A stretch of DNA of 64,000 nt. Origin: the human T2T-CHM13v2.0 reference genome, Homo sapiens. The stretch is taken from NCBI RefSeq assembly GCF_009914755.1, contig NC_060944.1. One strand, written 5' to 3'. Below are positions 22,783 through 38,239 of the stretch, piece by piece. The translations under genes and the position numbers were made by a program. The first letter of the stretch is position 1. Each line of letters opens with the position of its first letter. The notes beneath the pieces are model-generated. The model ran no database searches. It was not told the DNA's origin and saw only the letters and a program-made list of their open reading frames with translations.

Positions 22783-24914
22783 CGGCCCAGGAGCTGGGGC
22801 AGGCTGCTTGCAGCGAAGGCCTGGGTGAAGTGGGCGGGCAGAGGCAGGGCTGCAGCTGCAGCCTCTGGAAAAGGAAGCAGCTCCACCTTCTCCTTTGGCT
22901 TCCTCAGTCTGTCCCCACCGTGTCTCCTGGCCCCTCCCCAAGCCTGTCTCTGTTCCTGAGTTGTCTATTCCATGCACAGTGGTGGAAAAGCTGCTGAGCA
23001 GGGTTCTGGACTCCTGCTTTTCCGGCTGTGATACCCGCTCCCAAGGGGGCAGCTCCTCGGGGATCTGCACCAGCGGTCTTCCACCCCGGAGCTAAGGATG
23101 GAAACACCCACAGGTGGCTGCGGCCGGCTGAGCCTTGGGTGACGTGGCGACCTTCCTTTCTCTGACCTTCGTCTCTGGGTGGCCCAGCAGCCCCCATGGG
23201 AGCCAGAGGCCGCCCCTCCCCGTCTTTCCTTCTTGTCTTCCCCTGCCTTGGAGCGTGGCCCTGCTGCCCTCCACTTACAACAGAAACGCCCGCAAGGCAT
23301 CTGTTCTCTTCTTATCAAACAAAGAGTGTTTAATAACTATAATTAATTCACTTTGGTGCTCCTATGAATCAGACATATTAGACAGAAGTCAGTGAATGTT
23401 AGCAGTAAAATGCCTCGAAGTGTTCATCATCGAAGGCAGGTGACGCCGGGACTCGCTTGCACCTCACTCTTGGTTCTGCTTTCCCCCAAGTCCTGCGTGT
23501 ATCCATTTTCAAACATCAGCCGTGGCAAGTCTGTTACATGTGGGTGCGCCTGACTGTTTGAATATGGATTGTGTTTGCAGCTCAGGAGGCAGAGGGGTGG
23601 ACGGGGCGGTCGTTCCCGGCAGGACCTGTGGGTTCGTGGATGTCACTGAGTCTGGACCCTCTGAGTGGGATGCGACCTCACTCTTGGCTTGGGTCCCAGA
23701 AGGCCTAGTCCTCAGCCACCCTGGGCCACCCGGGTTTTGTTTGGCTGGCAGTTGCTTTATACCTGGTTGTTACATTGAAGAAGTAGGTGCTTCGTGGAGA
23801 TACCTGGACTCCCGCGTGGAACACCCAGCAGGGGTGGAGGAGCCTCTTTGCCCGGTTTCCACAGTCCTGGCAGCTCCACCTGGGCAGCCTTACCGGGACT
23901 CATGGTCCCGCAGCCTCTGGAGTTTGTGACTTTGCTCAAGGCCAGCACTAATGAGTCCTCCATCCTTTTCTGCTCTGAATTGCTACTAAGAGCAGATTCT
24001 AAAAAATTCTAGTGGCTTTAACAGGATCATTGCCAGAAAGAAGCCATGGATGGAGGGAGGCGGCATGGACAGGAGGCATGGCGGGGGGGGGGGGAGACAC
24101 AGTGCCAGGCTCATGCCAGGTGGGTGCGGTAGGGCAGCTTCTTGCATGTTGCACCTGCTCCCCAAGCTCCACCTGGGAAGGGCCAGAAGGGCCATGGCTG
24201 TCACCGTCAGCCGGTGGTTCCGCCCGTCTGGGAGCTGGGAGGCCAGCACCCCCCAGGCTCTCACCAGGCCACCTCTGCAGGGCCAGCTCAGCCAGATGGG
24301 AAAGCTGGATTTTGCATCATAAGTCTTGTGTTTTCAGCTTGGAGGGTGGAAGTGAGCACATCATTCTGCCTCAACAACAGGAGGGAAAATGTCGCAAACC
24401 AAAACTAAGTCTCTGTTAGAACAAGGTGGTGCTCTCAGATAGCCCTTTAAGTGGGCTTTGCTTTCTGACTTTTTTTTTTTTTTTTTTTTTTAACACTCAT
24501 ACATGTCAGAGTTGGGTCTATAAAGAAACTCTTCTTTTTTAATAGCTGGAGGAAGGGCCTACAGTTGATGCCATCTGCGTCACGGGCATGATCTGACATG
24601 CGTCTTCCCAATTAACCCAGGATTAAAAAGAGGGTCTTAGGACCATGGATCCTTCGTGTTTGTCACCTTTGCCTTTGTGTTTGTCACCTTTGTGGCAAGT
24701 TGTTGCAAAGACGTCACAGCCACCGCACACATTTCCACTTTGGGTCTGGACTGACCATCTTTGAGTGTCCGCCCATCATTCACCAAACACTGACGCGGCT
24801 CGTATGACAGGCCAGGTCTCTGGCAGGTGCGGAGGGTGGGTGCGCCTTCTATGGATCCCCATTTAAATGACCTCATTCACTTGATATTGTGCCGCGGTCC
24901 TGTAACATGCAACT

Positions 24915-25005
24915 GTTGTAGGCACTGGGCAAAGGGTCCACAGGGCCTCCCTTTGCAACTCCCTGTGAACCTCAAATTCTTCCAGGGTACATGTTTTTTA
25001 AAAGG
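24915..25005 (+). mobile_element. L1M 3' terminal fragment
   Basis: 'ctgggcaaagggtccacaggg...ttgcaactccctgtgaacctcaaatt'. Confidence 0.45.
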
Positions 25006-26214
25006 TTAATTTGTGAAACCCCAGGTGTGTTGGAATGTCACATCCTATCTGCCTTCCCAAGCTGGGTTTCTCTGGGATTTACCTCCAAGAAGCAGCCTTC
25101 CATCCCCCACCACAGGCACAGACCTCCCCTTTGAACCCCAACTGACCCCCCTAATCTGCCATGGCCTGGTGTGTGATCGATGCTGGTAGACCATGCTTTG
25201 AGGGAAGTTGTAAAGACAGAGTTCTTCCAAACTGGACCTGCGCTGGACTGCTTGGTGAGAGCGCGTGGGAATGGCCGTGGCAGAGGTAGGCCCTGGGCCC
25301 CTTTCTGGAGCCATCGCTGGCTTCCTGGAGCCGCACAGCGCAACCTCTGTCAGGGCAAGTGTAGCACCAGGTTGTGCTGTCCAATTAATGATGAAACAAC
25401 CTGTCCTCAACGTTCTCAGCTCCGTGCGCGGCTTCACCATTCCGAGCTTGGGAGGACGAGGGCGGCTGCCCAAAGGCACAGGGAAGAGAAGCCTGAATGA
25501 GACTCGGACTGAAAGGGACAGGAGCTGGGGGCTGGGGGGCACAGGACGAGCACACAGAGGCCCCCTGAGTCCCCAGCTGTGGCTGTGTGCCTGGAGGACT
25601 GGGGCGTGAGGAAAGGACATCTCGCAGGGCGTCAAGTGCACTCAGTCCCCAGGCTGATTAGAGAGAGGAACGGACAGTGTCTGAGGTGAAGCTGTGCCCA
25701 GCTGCTCGCGTGGCCAACACAGGGCGGCTCACCTGGACTCCGGCCAGCAAGACTCGGGATGGCGAGGGTACCTGTGCACGCAAATGGGAGGTACCGTTTC
25801 CTGCAGCACCCCAGGGAGGCTCACACAGTGCCCTGCCCTCCTATCTCCATGTCCGCCTACAGGGTAGAGCCGGTGGTGCAGGCCCAGGATCGGGACACAG
25901 GTCCAGCAGAGGACTGTTAGCGGTCCCTGACTCAGCACCCATCTCTGTCCACTGAGACTCTGCCTGTCCCTCAGGGCCTCTCCTCCTCCCCTCCCCACAG
26001 GCACTGGCACAGCGGCCCGGGGTAGAACCCATGGCCCTGACTCACCTCCCCCTCCACCATGGTATTGATGACAATGCTGCCCAGCGCAGGCAGTGTCGAC
26101 ATGAAGCAAACCATTGTTAAAATATTGACTGGAGGAGAAATGGAAATGAGGCTACTGGGCCTGCAGCTCCATGAGTGTCCACGCCTCCGTGTGTGGACTG
26201 ATGAGGTAAACGTT

Positions 26215-26430
26215 CTGTGACAAAGCCCCTGTCCCAGAGGAGCTTTCATCGAGGGCTTGGCGCCCACGACAAATGAGTCCATGCAGGAAAGGAGTGGCAC
26301 CCGCAGGAGGCCTGTGCTGCGGAGCTCCTGGGAGGGTGACGCTGGGGCAGGGGCTGCTGCGGACAAGCGTTGGGAGGCCTCTCTGAGGAGGCAGTGTTTG
26401 CGCTGAAACCTAGAAAAAGAGCTGCGTAAA
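26215..26430 (-). mobile_element. L2 fragment
   Basis: 'gggaggcctctctgaggaggcagtgtttgcgctgaaacct'. Confidence 0.45.
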
Positions 26431-29400
26431 AGACAATAATTCTGAAGGCTCTGGGTCGGGGGCATTTCAGGCGAGGGTCCTAGAAATGCCAATGCTGGGG
26501 ATGCCGCCGAGTGGGTCAGAGGGGCCGGAGGAAGGTGAACAGGGCAGGGGGCAGTGGGGCTGGATTTTATCCCAAGTGAGTCGGGAGCTGCTGGGACGGC
26601 AGGACCGGGTGTGTGTGTCCAAGAGACCATCTTGGCTGCCCAGGGGAAGCGGGGACTCGAGGAGAGCAGGGAGTGCTGTCTTCCCGGCGGGAGCTGGCGG
26701 TACTGAGGAAGGACGTGCAGAACCAGGCAGGGCTGACAGACGCGGGGTCGGGGGAAGATCAGGAGCTCCCGGTGTCCAGGCTGCACAATGTGGGCACCAC
26801 TGAACACGGGGTAAACCAATCACCAGTCACTCCCACGCTGGGTCTTCCAGCTCCCTCGAGGCCGCCCTGGCCCTCCACACTCCCACCGCTGGCGCCAGCA
26901 TCTGTGCCCGCGGCAGTTTAGAGTGACACTGTCCTCTGTCCAGCACCGGTCCACGTTGAGGTGTCTGTGTGCCACCGGGACCCTTCCGTAGACATGCACC
27001 ATGAAGACCAGGCCTGGTGACAGGTGCTGAGGGGTCCAAGGGCATTGTGTGGGGGCTGACCGGGCCTCAGTCAGTGCCAGAGAGGACGCCCTGCATGTGT
27101 GATTTCCACTGACCCTGCACCGTGGGCCATCCCAGCCTCTCCCCAGTGGAAATGCCTCCCTGCACAGGGTCACACCACTTGCCTCTAGAATCCACCCACT
27201 GGGAGAGCAAGTCCAAGGCAGACCCTGGGCCTGTCCGCCCACCCTCCTGGAGCTGTGCTGTCACCTGCCTCTTGACATCCACATGCCCCAGGCATTGCAA
27301 TGGCCCCTTGTTTATTCCTGTTGCTAGTTTTAAGTCAAAAGCAGGATGGGAAGGATAGGGGACTCCTGGGCCTGGGAGTGGGGTGGGGGCAGAAACCACA
27401 GCTGGGGCATGGGGAGAGCTGGTCCCCACTCCTGTGTGGCTGAACACCGCGGCCTTTGCAGCATTCTTCCTTGAAGATCTCCGAAAATGCAGCAGCCTGC
27501 ATCAGCCGGGCTGGGAGCCGGGCCCAGGAGTCTGGTTTTAAAGCAGCATGCGGAAAGCTGAGAACCCACACCGCATCAAGAGACCCAGGAGCAGGTCTTG
27601 CCCCCAAGACCCTCACACGAACACTTCTACTCCCTGAGATGCTTGTGTTCAGAGATAGAGCCTGGGCAGCCCAGAGAAGTTCTCTCAGCCAAGATTCTTC
27701 CAGTGACATCTGTGGACGTTGGCTCAGAGCCCAGGCTTCCACCTCAAACACCCTGCCCCAGTTCCTTCCTTCCAGGGGTCTGCCTGCTGAGAAATCAGCA
27801 GACTCCCAAGAAATCCATAATCTGTTGCTCTAATGTGGCGTCTTGGTGTCCACAATTTAGACCAATCTTTTCAACACTTATTTGGAAGAGGAAAGCAGCA
27901 TGAACTGAATGAAGTTTCTTGAAATTAGCAACAGTCATCATATCTGAACAAAGAGGCTGCCCAGAAAATAAGTTTGACAGTTGAAATTACTTCTACCAAC
28001 CCATTCGTCTGAGATTGAGTAAATGAAAATCTCTAGCTGCCAGGATGTCACCACGTGGGGACGTCGCTGGCACGGGTGGCTCCTCCCTGAGTCAGAAGGG
28101 AGGTGGGACGAGTTGAGAAGGACAATCCAGCCGGATCCGGGTGCCGCAGCCTGAAGGGCCCGTGTCTGTTGAGCTGATAGTGGCGTCTTGGTCACACATC
28201 ACAGACGGGAAGGCGAGCACCATGCTGGTGGGCTGGGGGCGGCCTTGGCCTCCAGACCCAGGAAGCTGCCACCAGGGCTCCCGCCCTTCAATTCGGCAGC
28301 TGTTTCTGCTGTTCTCTGGCTTGGCCAGGGTGCTTAATGCTCACTCGTGAAATGGCATACCCAACAATTTGACCTTTCATCAGTTAAGCGATGCTAAAAA
28401 CAAAAGCAGCCTGGATGTGCAACTGTGGGTTGAGGGGAGGCTGCCCGCAAAGACCAGGGTAGTTTCTCATCAAGGGTTTGCCTTTGAATTTGCAGAGTGC
28501 CTTCTTTCCCTGGGTTCTCCCTTTTCGGAGAGCCGAGGTCCCCGTCAGATCTCCTAGTGGGTGATAAATTCCCCCCATGAAGCTCACGTCCCAGGCGGAG
28601 GGGCCTGGAGCATCCACCAGCAGCGCTTTGTGATGATGGATGCGAACGAGTGCTCCCGGCAGGCTCATGTTTATTCATTTTTGATGAGGTGTGCACGCAG
28701 CCAAGGGCAGCTGAGCTGTCTTACAATACACGGGGGTCACCTAACATCGGATTTATCTCCGACCTTTGAGTGTCTACAGGCAGGCTGGTGGCTGCTGCAT
28801 GCACAGCGTACACGGTCCTCCAGCAAACCACAGCTGCATTCTCTGGACCCTGGGAATCTGCCAAGCGATATTGGCTGTCAGGAAGCCCAGGAAAATCGCA
28901 GCGGTGGGACCGAGGGGCACCTGCGGCTACATATTAAGGTCACGCGTTGGAAGGTTGGTTCCTGCAGTTCTGGGCGGGGTCCAGGTGGGAGAATGGCTGG
29001 GGACTCCAAACGCTGACCCTGGCCATCCCATACCATCCAGCCAGCCCCACCCAAATGGACGTTGGGGCCCAAATCCCACTTGTGTTTTCCAAAACGGCAG
29101 ACAGAAACTGCAAGCCCCATCTTAATCCTGGCTTGCAAGTAAGGCCATGGCCTCCTGCCCTCATCGTCAGGCTATTCTTGATTTTCCCTGCCAAAAAGTG
29201 GGGTGGCTGTTGCCACACTTTGTCCAACAGCAGTCATGCCTCCCCACAAGAGATGGCTGCACAGATGAGAGCCACGGTGCCTGGAGCTGGGGAGTCGGCC
29301 CTGTAGACGAACTTGAAATTCACCTGAAGAAAAGCTGCTAAGTGAACACCAGCTGCTGCCGGCACAGCCAGGGCCACTGCGTCCCTGCAGCCCGAAGAAA

Positions 29401-30329
29401 TCCACTTCTGCCCTTGGTGCTGGAGCCAATCCCACTGGCAGTGCACAGGCATCAATGCTATGACTTCCATGAAAACAGCCATGGGCTCAGGCGGACAGAC
29501 TCCCTACAGAGGGAGGATGATGGCATGGCTGATGCTGGCCGAGGTCCACTGAATTCAGAGTCCACATGGAGGACGGAGCTGAGGCCTAGGGCTCACAGAG
29601 GCCACATCCGCAGAACTGTTGCTTCCGGAGGGCCAGCCCAGGCAGGACTAGGGACTCCAGGAGGGATCCCATCCCCCTGCAGAGCCCTGAGAACCCCCTC
29701 CGCCCCAGATCGCCACTCTCCACACACAGCTCCTGGCTGACCAGATCTTACCCTCGATGGGGTGTTGGGAATCTGCCGGCCACAGTGGCAGGAAGCTGCT
29801 CACAGCTCACTGTCAGGAAAGGGTGAAAGAGGCATGAATCCGAAGACAGCAGAGTCTGGGCCCAGCTTCCGCTTCCCCTGGGAGTGTGGTTACACTTGCC
29901 AGGGTGGGGGTGCTGTCTTGAGCAAAGCCTGGAGAAGGGTGAGAAGCATCCCTCACCCGCACACCCGGTCAGTCTGTATGTCCAGACGACTGCTCCCTGG
30001 CAGCCCACGCAGTGCTGGCACCACAGTCTGTATGGACCGTGCCCTTTGGGCATGACGCCACCATCTCATAAGCTGCACCCAGGGTCCCTGTGGATGTGCT
30101 TGATCAGAGAAAATTGGGACAATGTGATGGAGGCAAAGAAGGGGCCGGTCAAGCCAGCACCTGGAGCCACAGTGGTGTGGGAGGCAGGGAGCATGGGGCC
30201 ACCCCACCCTCAGGAAGGCTGAGAGGGTCTTGGGCAACCAGGTATGTGGAGAAACAGTCGGCCGGGATGGCCCTGCTCACGGAGCCCTCGATGCACATCC
30301 CGCCCACCCTGGGGCTCCGCATGCAGCAT

Positions 30330-30490
30330 TTCTATGCACACCATCCTCACCATTCTGTGAGCCAGGGACCACCATGAGCCCTCTTGACAGATGAGGAAAC
30401 CGGGGAACAGAGAAGCGGGGTTGCATGTCAAAGGTCACAGAGCCAGAAAGTGACTTGGGACTCAAAGGCGGATCTTTCCGCTTTCAAACC
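30330..30490 (-). mobile_element. MIR fragment
   Basis: 'ttgacagatgaggaaaccgggg...aaggtcacagagcc...gggactcaaa'. Confidence 0.7.
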
Positions 30491-31599
30491 TGTTTCCAGA
30501 GAGGGTGGCCGGCACCAGATGCTGGCATAATGCGCCCAGACGGCCCCACTGCACCAGCTGCACATGTGAGCATACACGTGTGCCCCCACACACACCCTGG
30601 GAGGTGATGGCCCAGGACTGGGTAGGGCCTGGGCTTTGTGTGTGGCACACACACACACACACCTGCACACGTGCATGCACACTCATGCCCTGGGAGGCAA
30701 TGGAAGGGGTCGGGCTGGACTCGGGTCTTTATGTGCCCTATATCCTGCTCTCAGCCCACTGACCTTGCTGCTGGGTCCTCGGTGAGTTTCCTGGACAAGC
30801 AGGCCAGGAAGAGTGAATGAATGCAAGGGGAGAGGAGCAAGGAACTTGTTCTGAACAGGAAATGCACGTCTTAAAAGCAAGACTGCAAGGCGGAGGGACC
30901 CCACCAAGTCTGAGGCTGCCAAATGTCGCATGTGGCTGTCAGGAGGGCAGCCAGGGAGATGATCATTGCAGACATTAGAGTAAGTGCTCTTGAGAGGCTG
31001 GAAGCACTTTGTTGCCCAAGGCTTCTAAGACCAGAGAGATGCTAAGTGCTTCTATATTGAAAAGAGTGAGCATTCCTAATTTGTTAGGTCCCTGCTATCT
31101 TTTAAATTCTCCAACCCTAAGAGAAGAAAAGCCCTATTCTCCTCCAGAGGTCAGGTTGGGTATCATCCCAGGGAAGCCGAGCTTTTATGCTGTGTGCGCC
31201 CATGTGTTAGTGTGTATTTATCTAGCGGGAGGAGCTGGAAGCTGTAGGTGCAAATGGGTGTGTGCATGTGGGTGGATGTTTATCCCTCTATTGACAGACA
31301 GACACGCACATGCATGTGCAGGCAGGGGGAATTTAGCCCAGGCTGCCCCGAAGCCACAGAGGATGCACCTGCCTGGAAAAGGAAGCACAAAACCCTCTGC
31401 ACATGACCCTGAGAACACACGGTGAATCCAGATTTTAGAAGCCAAAGCAGTGCCCTGTGGAACCAGCTGCCCCTGCTGGAGGCTGTCGTGGGGCGTGCTC
31501 ACCACTGGGGCCCATGTGCATGCTGTGGAGTCTGATGGTGCTGGGTTGTCCAGGCTGCCAGCACCTGCTGGCCACTGCTGTCCAGGGCAACTCCTCCTG

Positions 31600-31720
31600 T
31601 GTACATTCCCCCAGCCCCATGAGAGAAAAAGAGACTGGGGTCAGAGAGGTGAAATGGCACACCCAAGGTTAAGCAGCCTGGGAGCTTCACTGCTGTAGGA
31701 TCAAAGCCCAGGTCTTCAGA
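31600..31720 (-). mobile_element. MIR fragment
   Basis: 'gagactggggtcagagaggtgaaatggcacacccaaggt...ggatcaaagcccaggtct'. Confidence 0.55.
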
Positions 31721-33164
31721 GAAGGTTGCACTGCATGTCTGCACTCCAGGGGGATGCTGGTTCCAGGCCCCTGGGCCCTCTACTTACCGCTTCTTGCTTC
31801 CCACTGCTGAGTGCTATTGCAGAATCATCCAGGGAGAAAGGAAAGGATGCAAGGAAAACGTACTTAGGATCCACCAGCAGGCCCGGGTGCCTTCCACCAG
31901 CACCCGCCTGTTCTCATCAGAGCACCGTCCGCCAGCCCCTCTCTCCAGTCTGTCCTTGGGACAACCCTGGGAAGCCAGTGGGACAGGTGTTCCAGGAGGA
32001 CCCCTGTCCAGCGAAGCTCAGGGCTGCGGCAGGCCGGCGGCAGGTCAGGTCCTTCCTTCACCCTCGGGGATGGTGCCTGCCATAGCCCTGGGCCTCCTGG
32101 AACCCACGTTCTCCAGCAGTAAGTTAAGGAGCGGGCATGGGCACACCTCGGGGCAATAATTCCCTGTGAAGGGCATTCAGAGCACTATGGGATGGAGAGG
32201 ACAGGCTTCCCCAAAGACATGTGACTGTGGGCCTGGAGAGTTAAAGGGAGCCAGTCCCGTGGAGGATGCAGCACCGGCACCCCACACAGCGAGCACCACA
32301 AGTGCCAAGGCAAGCCTGGGCCAGGGCAAAGCCTAGCAGGTCCACCATCTGGTGACCGGCGGGATGGGAATGGGAGCCTGGAGGAGGGCCCAGGCCACAG
32401 AGGGCCTTGGAGGGAGAATGCACCCAGGAGGGAACTTAGGGTTTATTCTCACATCACTGGGAGCCTCTGAGGGTTTCAGCAGGAGTGGAGGCTGTCGATT
32501 TAATTGGAACTTAGGTGGCCTATGCCTCAGCCCCTGTTTTCAAGCCCAGAGGAAGTAAAGAATGGAAGGAAAACTGAAGAAGGGTGGCTCAAATCCCATC
32601 AGAAACTTATCCGGTGTGTAATGTTCCTGGAGAAGAGAAGCTCTTTCCTGAAAGTCAAATCTACCACTGAGCCAGAGTGATCTTTTTCTTTAAATGCTCT
32701 TCCTTTTGCTGGCAAAAGAGGGTCCTCCCTCTCAATCTTCCCGTACCCTCCGCTACAAAAGACTTTAATGAAAATAACTTCTGACAGCTGTATTTTTGAG
32801 AGACTGATCCAGGATGGGATGTGACATTTCAGTATAAATAAATTGTATAAATCTATGCAGGACACGGCTCTGGGAGCAAATAGAAGAGCGGGTTCTGCTC
32901 CCATGAGGTCACTGGTGGACCTGAGCTCCAAGCATGGGAGGCAGCCTGAGACAGTGTGGACCCTCGAGCTGTGTGGATCGGCCAGGCTGCAGCATTAATA
33001 CCCTTTCTAGCAGGAGCTGATCTAATGAGTATGAGGAATGCATGACCCCCAAAGGTGGTGCTGACAGGAGGCAGATGCTGGCCAGGGCATTTCCAATTGC
33101 AGGCAATAAAACCATAGCTCCGAGTAGCTGGACAGCATGGCTGCCACATGACATGCAGGGAAAT

Positions 33165-33610
33165 ATGGATTTCAGGAATGGCTAGACTCAGGTGCTCTGC
33201 AACACCACCAACAAGCTCTCGCTGCTTCCCTTTGAGTTGACTCTGTGCTCAGGCAGGTCCTCACCCCCATGCTGGTCCCCAACAGCTTCTGACTTCTGTC
33301 CTTAAAGTTCAGTAGGAAGAGAAAAACTGTTTTCTTCCCCCATAGTTCCAGGAAAATATTGGGAGTGACTGTCATTGTCCCAGCCTCAGTCATATATCCA
33401 CCTCTGACCTGGTCATGGGGTCTAGGCCATGGCCTCTGTGCACTGGCCAGACCAGCATCACGTGTCCCCTGATGGAGCCAAGGGTGAAGTCAGCCCATTC
33501 ACCAAATGGACCAAGATAACAAAGGAGTGGTTCCCTACCGAATACTGGAGGTACCATTGCCAAAAGAGGAGGGAAACATCCAAAGCTTTGTCCAGCACTC
33601 TAGGAGGATG
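33165..33610 (-). mobile_element. Old MLT1 (K/L-like) LTR fragment
   Basis: 'ttcaggaatggctagactcaggtgctc...tcaggcagg...cactggccagacc...ggagccaagggtgaagtcagccc'. Confidence 0.5.
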
Positions 33611-34061
33611 CTGGAAAAAGTGCAAAGCACTTGTTTTTGTATGGGGAGTGCGAGGCTGATGAGGCTGTTCAGGAAAAGCAAAATCAAAGTGGTTTGTGAG
33701 GATTCCCATGACTTCTGTGGCCATTCTTATGGGTGGGGCCCAGGGTGTCAACGAGGATGAGGGAAAGGGATGGAAATGTGGGGAAGTCTGGGGCACTGTT
33801 CTCCCGTTGATACGGGATAGAAAGGAAGGAAGGGGCTGGGATCAGTGGAGTGAGGGGTTCCAAACAGGTTTTGCTGCATCTCAGCTCCAAGGCCTTCTCC
33901 ACAAAAGGAAGGGCCCCTAGGAGGTAAGACTGAGGAAAACAGACTCAGCCCTAAAAAACCTGTGAGTGTCCAGGTATAAACTCTGGTCCCTGCCCTTAGT
34001 GAATTACATGTACATATCAAATCCGGCTGCACAGTTAACAGTCGAGTGTGTATGGCATAAG

Positions 34062-35313
<1,252 letters not shown>

Positions 35314-35899
35314 AGAATATTCCTCCAAAAGCATATCAGGTGCTCTGTACGTGGTAGGATTGTGTGCCAGGTGCTGTCCCTGTCCTGGAGATTCCAAGAC
35401 GAATTATGCAAAGCCCAGTCCATCAAGGAGCCCTCCGCAAAGTCAGACACACAGACTTCAATCAGGTGTGTATGTGTTGCACAAGAGGGTAGGCTCTGTC
35501 CGTGAAGTGTGTTCACAGCTTCCACCTCCAGCACTGTGCTTGCTGTGTAGTAAGGGCTCTGTGAGAAATGAGGTGTGATTCCAATGAGTGAAACTGCCCA
35601 TAGTTAGGACAATACCTGAGACCACGGGAGGGGCAGCAAGTCTGAGCCGAGTCTCTGGGGTGGACAGTGAGGCATCTGCCAAGGGTGGGAGTTGGTGCTG
35701 AGCATCCCTCAGGGTCACTGGCAGAGACTGGAATCTTCACTGGGAGGGGTGGGAGAAGATTATGGAGCATCCCTGGGAACCCGACGGGGCTCAAGGACTG
35801 GGGCCCTGTGTCCCTGCTCAGCTGGGAACTGCAACCTGACAGGGATCAAGAAGGGAATGGGTGAGGCGCAGGCCTGAGGGGAGGGGAAGAGGTGGGGAG

Positions 35900-36270
35900 A
35901 GGAGGAGGTCATCCTGAGTTATCCAGTGGGTCCTAAATGCCATCACTAGTGTCCATAGAAGAAGAAGAAGGAGGCAGGAGAGTGACAGAGAAAGAAAGAG
36001 ACGCAGAGAGAAAGACAAAGATAGCATCAGAGAGAGAGATTGGAAGATGCTGTGCTTGAGGATGAAGGCAGGACCAGGAGTGGGGATGCAGACGGCCTCT
36101 AGAAACTGGAAAGACAAGGAAGGGCTTTCTGGCCTGGAGCCCCCAGAGAGAACGCAGCCCTGCCCACACCTTGACTTCAGCTGCCCCTCCTGCACAGTGA
36201 CCTCTAGAGCGCTGAGATGTTTTTGGCCACCAGACTTGTGGTTATCATCAGAGCAGCCCTAGGAGGCTCA
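35900..36270 (+). mobile_element. MLT1 (D-like) LTR, 5'-truncated
   Basis: 'atcctgagttatccagtgggtcctaaatg...ggcctctagaaactggaaagacaagg...cagccctgcccacaccttgactt...gcagccctagga'. Confidence 0.8.
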
Positions 36271-37559
36271 GGACTTCGGAGCCCCTGAATCTCAGCAGCA
36301 GCTGCAGCATGAGTCCATCCTGGAAGGAATCCAAGGACAGCTCAGGGCCAGCACCTGCTTCCGGGGCAATCTTTTTGTGCCTCCTTTTAAAGGCCCACGT
36401 GAAGGGCATGGTGCTTATCACCGTGGGGCACACAGGGAGGCTGCGTGCCTGGGCCCTGCCCTTCTGCTCCTAGCAAGCAAGGAGGCAGTTGAGGAGCCTG
36501 GCGGTTTTCACCTTAGGTGAAATGTCAGGTCTGATATTCCGTGGGAGCAGCTACATCTTTGTTAAGGTCTCATTATCTCAAGAACACGTGTCCAGGGCCC
36601 AGAAGGCCGCCCGTTCTTGAATATTTATCCATCCTTCCCGGGTGACCAGCCTGGCAGGCTGGGGAGGGTCTGGCGGTCGAGTGCAGAGTTCATTAGTCTG
36701 ATTCAGCATGTCTCAGGTTCATGGTGCTTTCAAGAGACATCATGAAATAAATTCAAAATGGGTTATGGAGATGCCCACAGAGCAAATAACACGCGCAAAT
36801 TACCTCGCTGCTAAGGGGGAAATAAAAATCACATCTCTCTTCTAGACAATATGACAAAATGAGACAGAAGTCAGGGAAAATGTCCTTCAGGAAATCAAAG
36901 TCCTTGCATTTGCATCCTGTGACGATCTCCTCCAAATTGGCACCCATTGAAAGATTACATTTTTCAGTCTTAACATATATCTTAAGAGAAACAAATGGAA
37001 GTCCTCAAAAGAAGGCCTGATCGGGAACAAACCTGTTTTTCACATGACTTGAAAGGGCTGCCTGGTTTTGGGGGTGTGCAAATGAGACCTTATTCCCTAG
37101 CTTTCTTCTGCAGCCCAGAATCTGTTCAGCAAATACTCCCCAAGCCTGCCTGGCCAGGCACCGAGCCCAGCACAGCACACGCAAGGAAGAGCCAAGACTA
37201 GTGGAGCCCCAAGCCTGAGCTGCCCCGAGTCCCGTGGGGCGGAGAGACACAGGGTGACAAGGGCGAGGTGGAGGAGAGGTGGAGGGAGGGGTGCCGAGCT
37301 TGGAGCAGGAGTCACAGCATGTTGTGTCGTGCTGGTCACAGGGCGTCCAGACCAGGGCCCTTGTGGAAGCAGCATCAGGCTAAGGAGGGTGGGCATTAAC
37401 TAGAAGGCTGGGAGTGACAGGCAGCAGGCCTTTCGTGCAGACAATGGGAAGGACACATGACAGTTCACAGGGAGCAGGAGAAGCCGGCTGCTCAAGAGAC
37501 CCTGGGCCCAGTGCTCAGCAGGGCCCACCACTTGGGGCCACCTCCACCAGCACAGTCCC

Positions 37560-37800
37560 ATAGAAATGGCATAAGAGCGCTTCTGTATTCTTAAATTTTC
37601 AGGAGCCACATTCAAAAAAGTAAAACAGGCAACATCCTTGTTAATGCTATATTTTATTTAACCCAATATATCCAAAATGTTCTTTCAACATCCAGTCCAT
37701 ATGAAAAATTGTTCATGGGAAATCTGACATTCATTTTGGGGAGTGAGGACTGCAAAGCCTTATGTGTATTTCATGCTGATTGACTGCTCAGCCCAGTTAG
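37560..37800. mobile_element. MER33-like hAT-Charlie DNA transposon fossil
   Basis: 'aaattttcaggagccacattcaaaaaagtaaaa...tatattttatttaacccaatatatccaaaat'. Confidence 0.75.
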
Positions 37801-37826
37801 AACCAGCACAGCCCTAGAACCTAGAC

Positions 37827-38050
37827 TGTGGTCGTCAGCAACCTACAGTCCTCAAGCCAAGTCTGGCCCCCTGCCTATTTTGTAAATAAAGTTTTATTGG
37901 CACACAGCCATACCTATTCCTGTACGTATTGTCTGTGGCTGCCTTTGCCTCTGCTGTGGACCAGGTGAGCAATTAGAAAGAGACATTGTGGCCCACCCAC
38001 CCACAATATGTACTGCCTGACCCATTACAGAAAATGCTTGCTGCCTTCTG
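37827..38050. mobile_element. MER58A-like hAT DNA transposon
   Basis: 'ttttgtaaataaagttttattggcacacagcca...attgtctgtggctgc...ttacagaaaa'; flanks acctagac / ctctagac resemble an 8-bp hAT TSD. Confidence 0.85.
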
Positions 38051-38239
38051 CTCTAGACAGAGATAGAATGGGGTCTTCATTCTAGCAGTGCAGGAAGGGG
38101 CTAGGTCTGAGCGACGTGTGACAGGCTGCTGTTTTTTGGCAGAAATCCCTGCAGCTGGTAGATGTGGCATGAGGTTGGGTGGAGGACAGCTCAGGGACAG
38201 GGTTAGACGGTGTTGTGCCCACCTCTGCTTTGGGGAGAA

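Noticed and set aside
25971-26819. 282-aa minus-strand ORF
   Set aside because: No recognisable domain, overlaps an L2 fragment, and its composition is typical of chance ORFs in GC-rich DNA.
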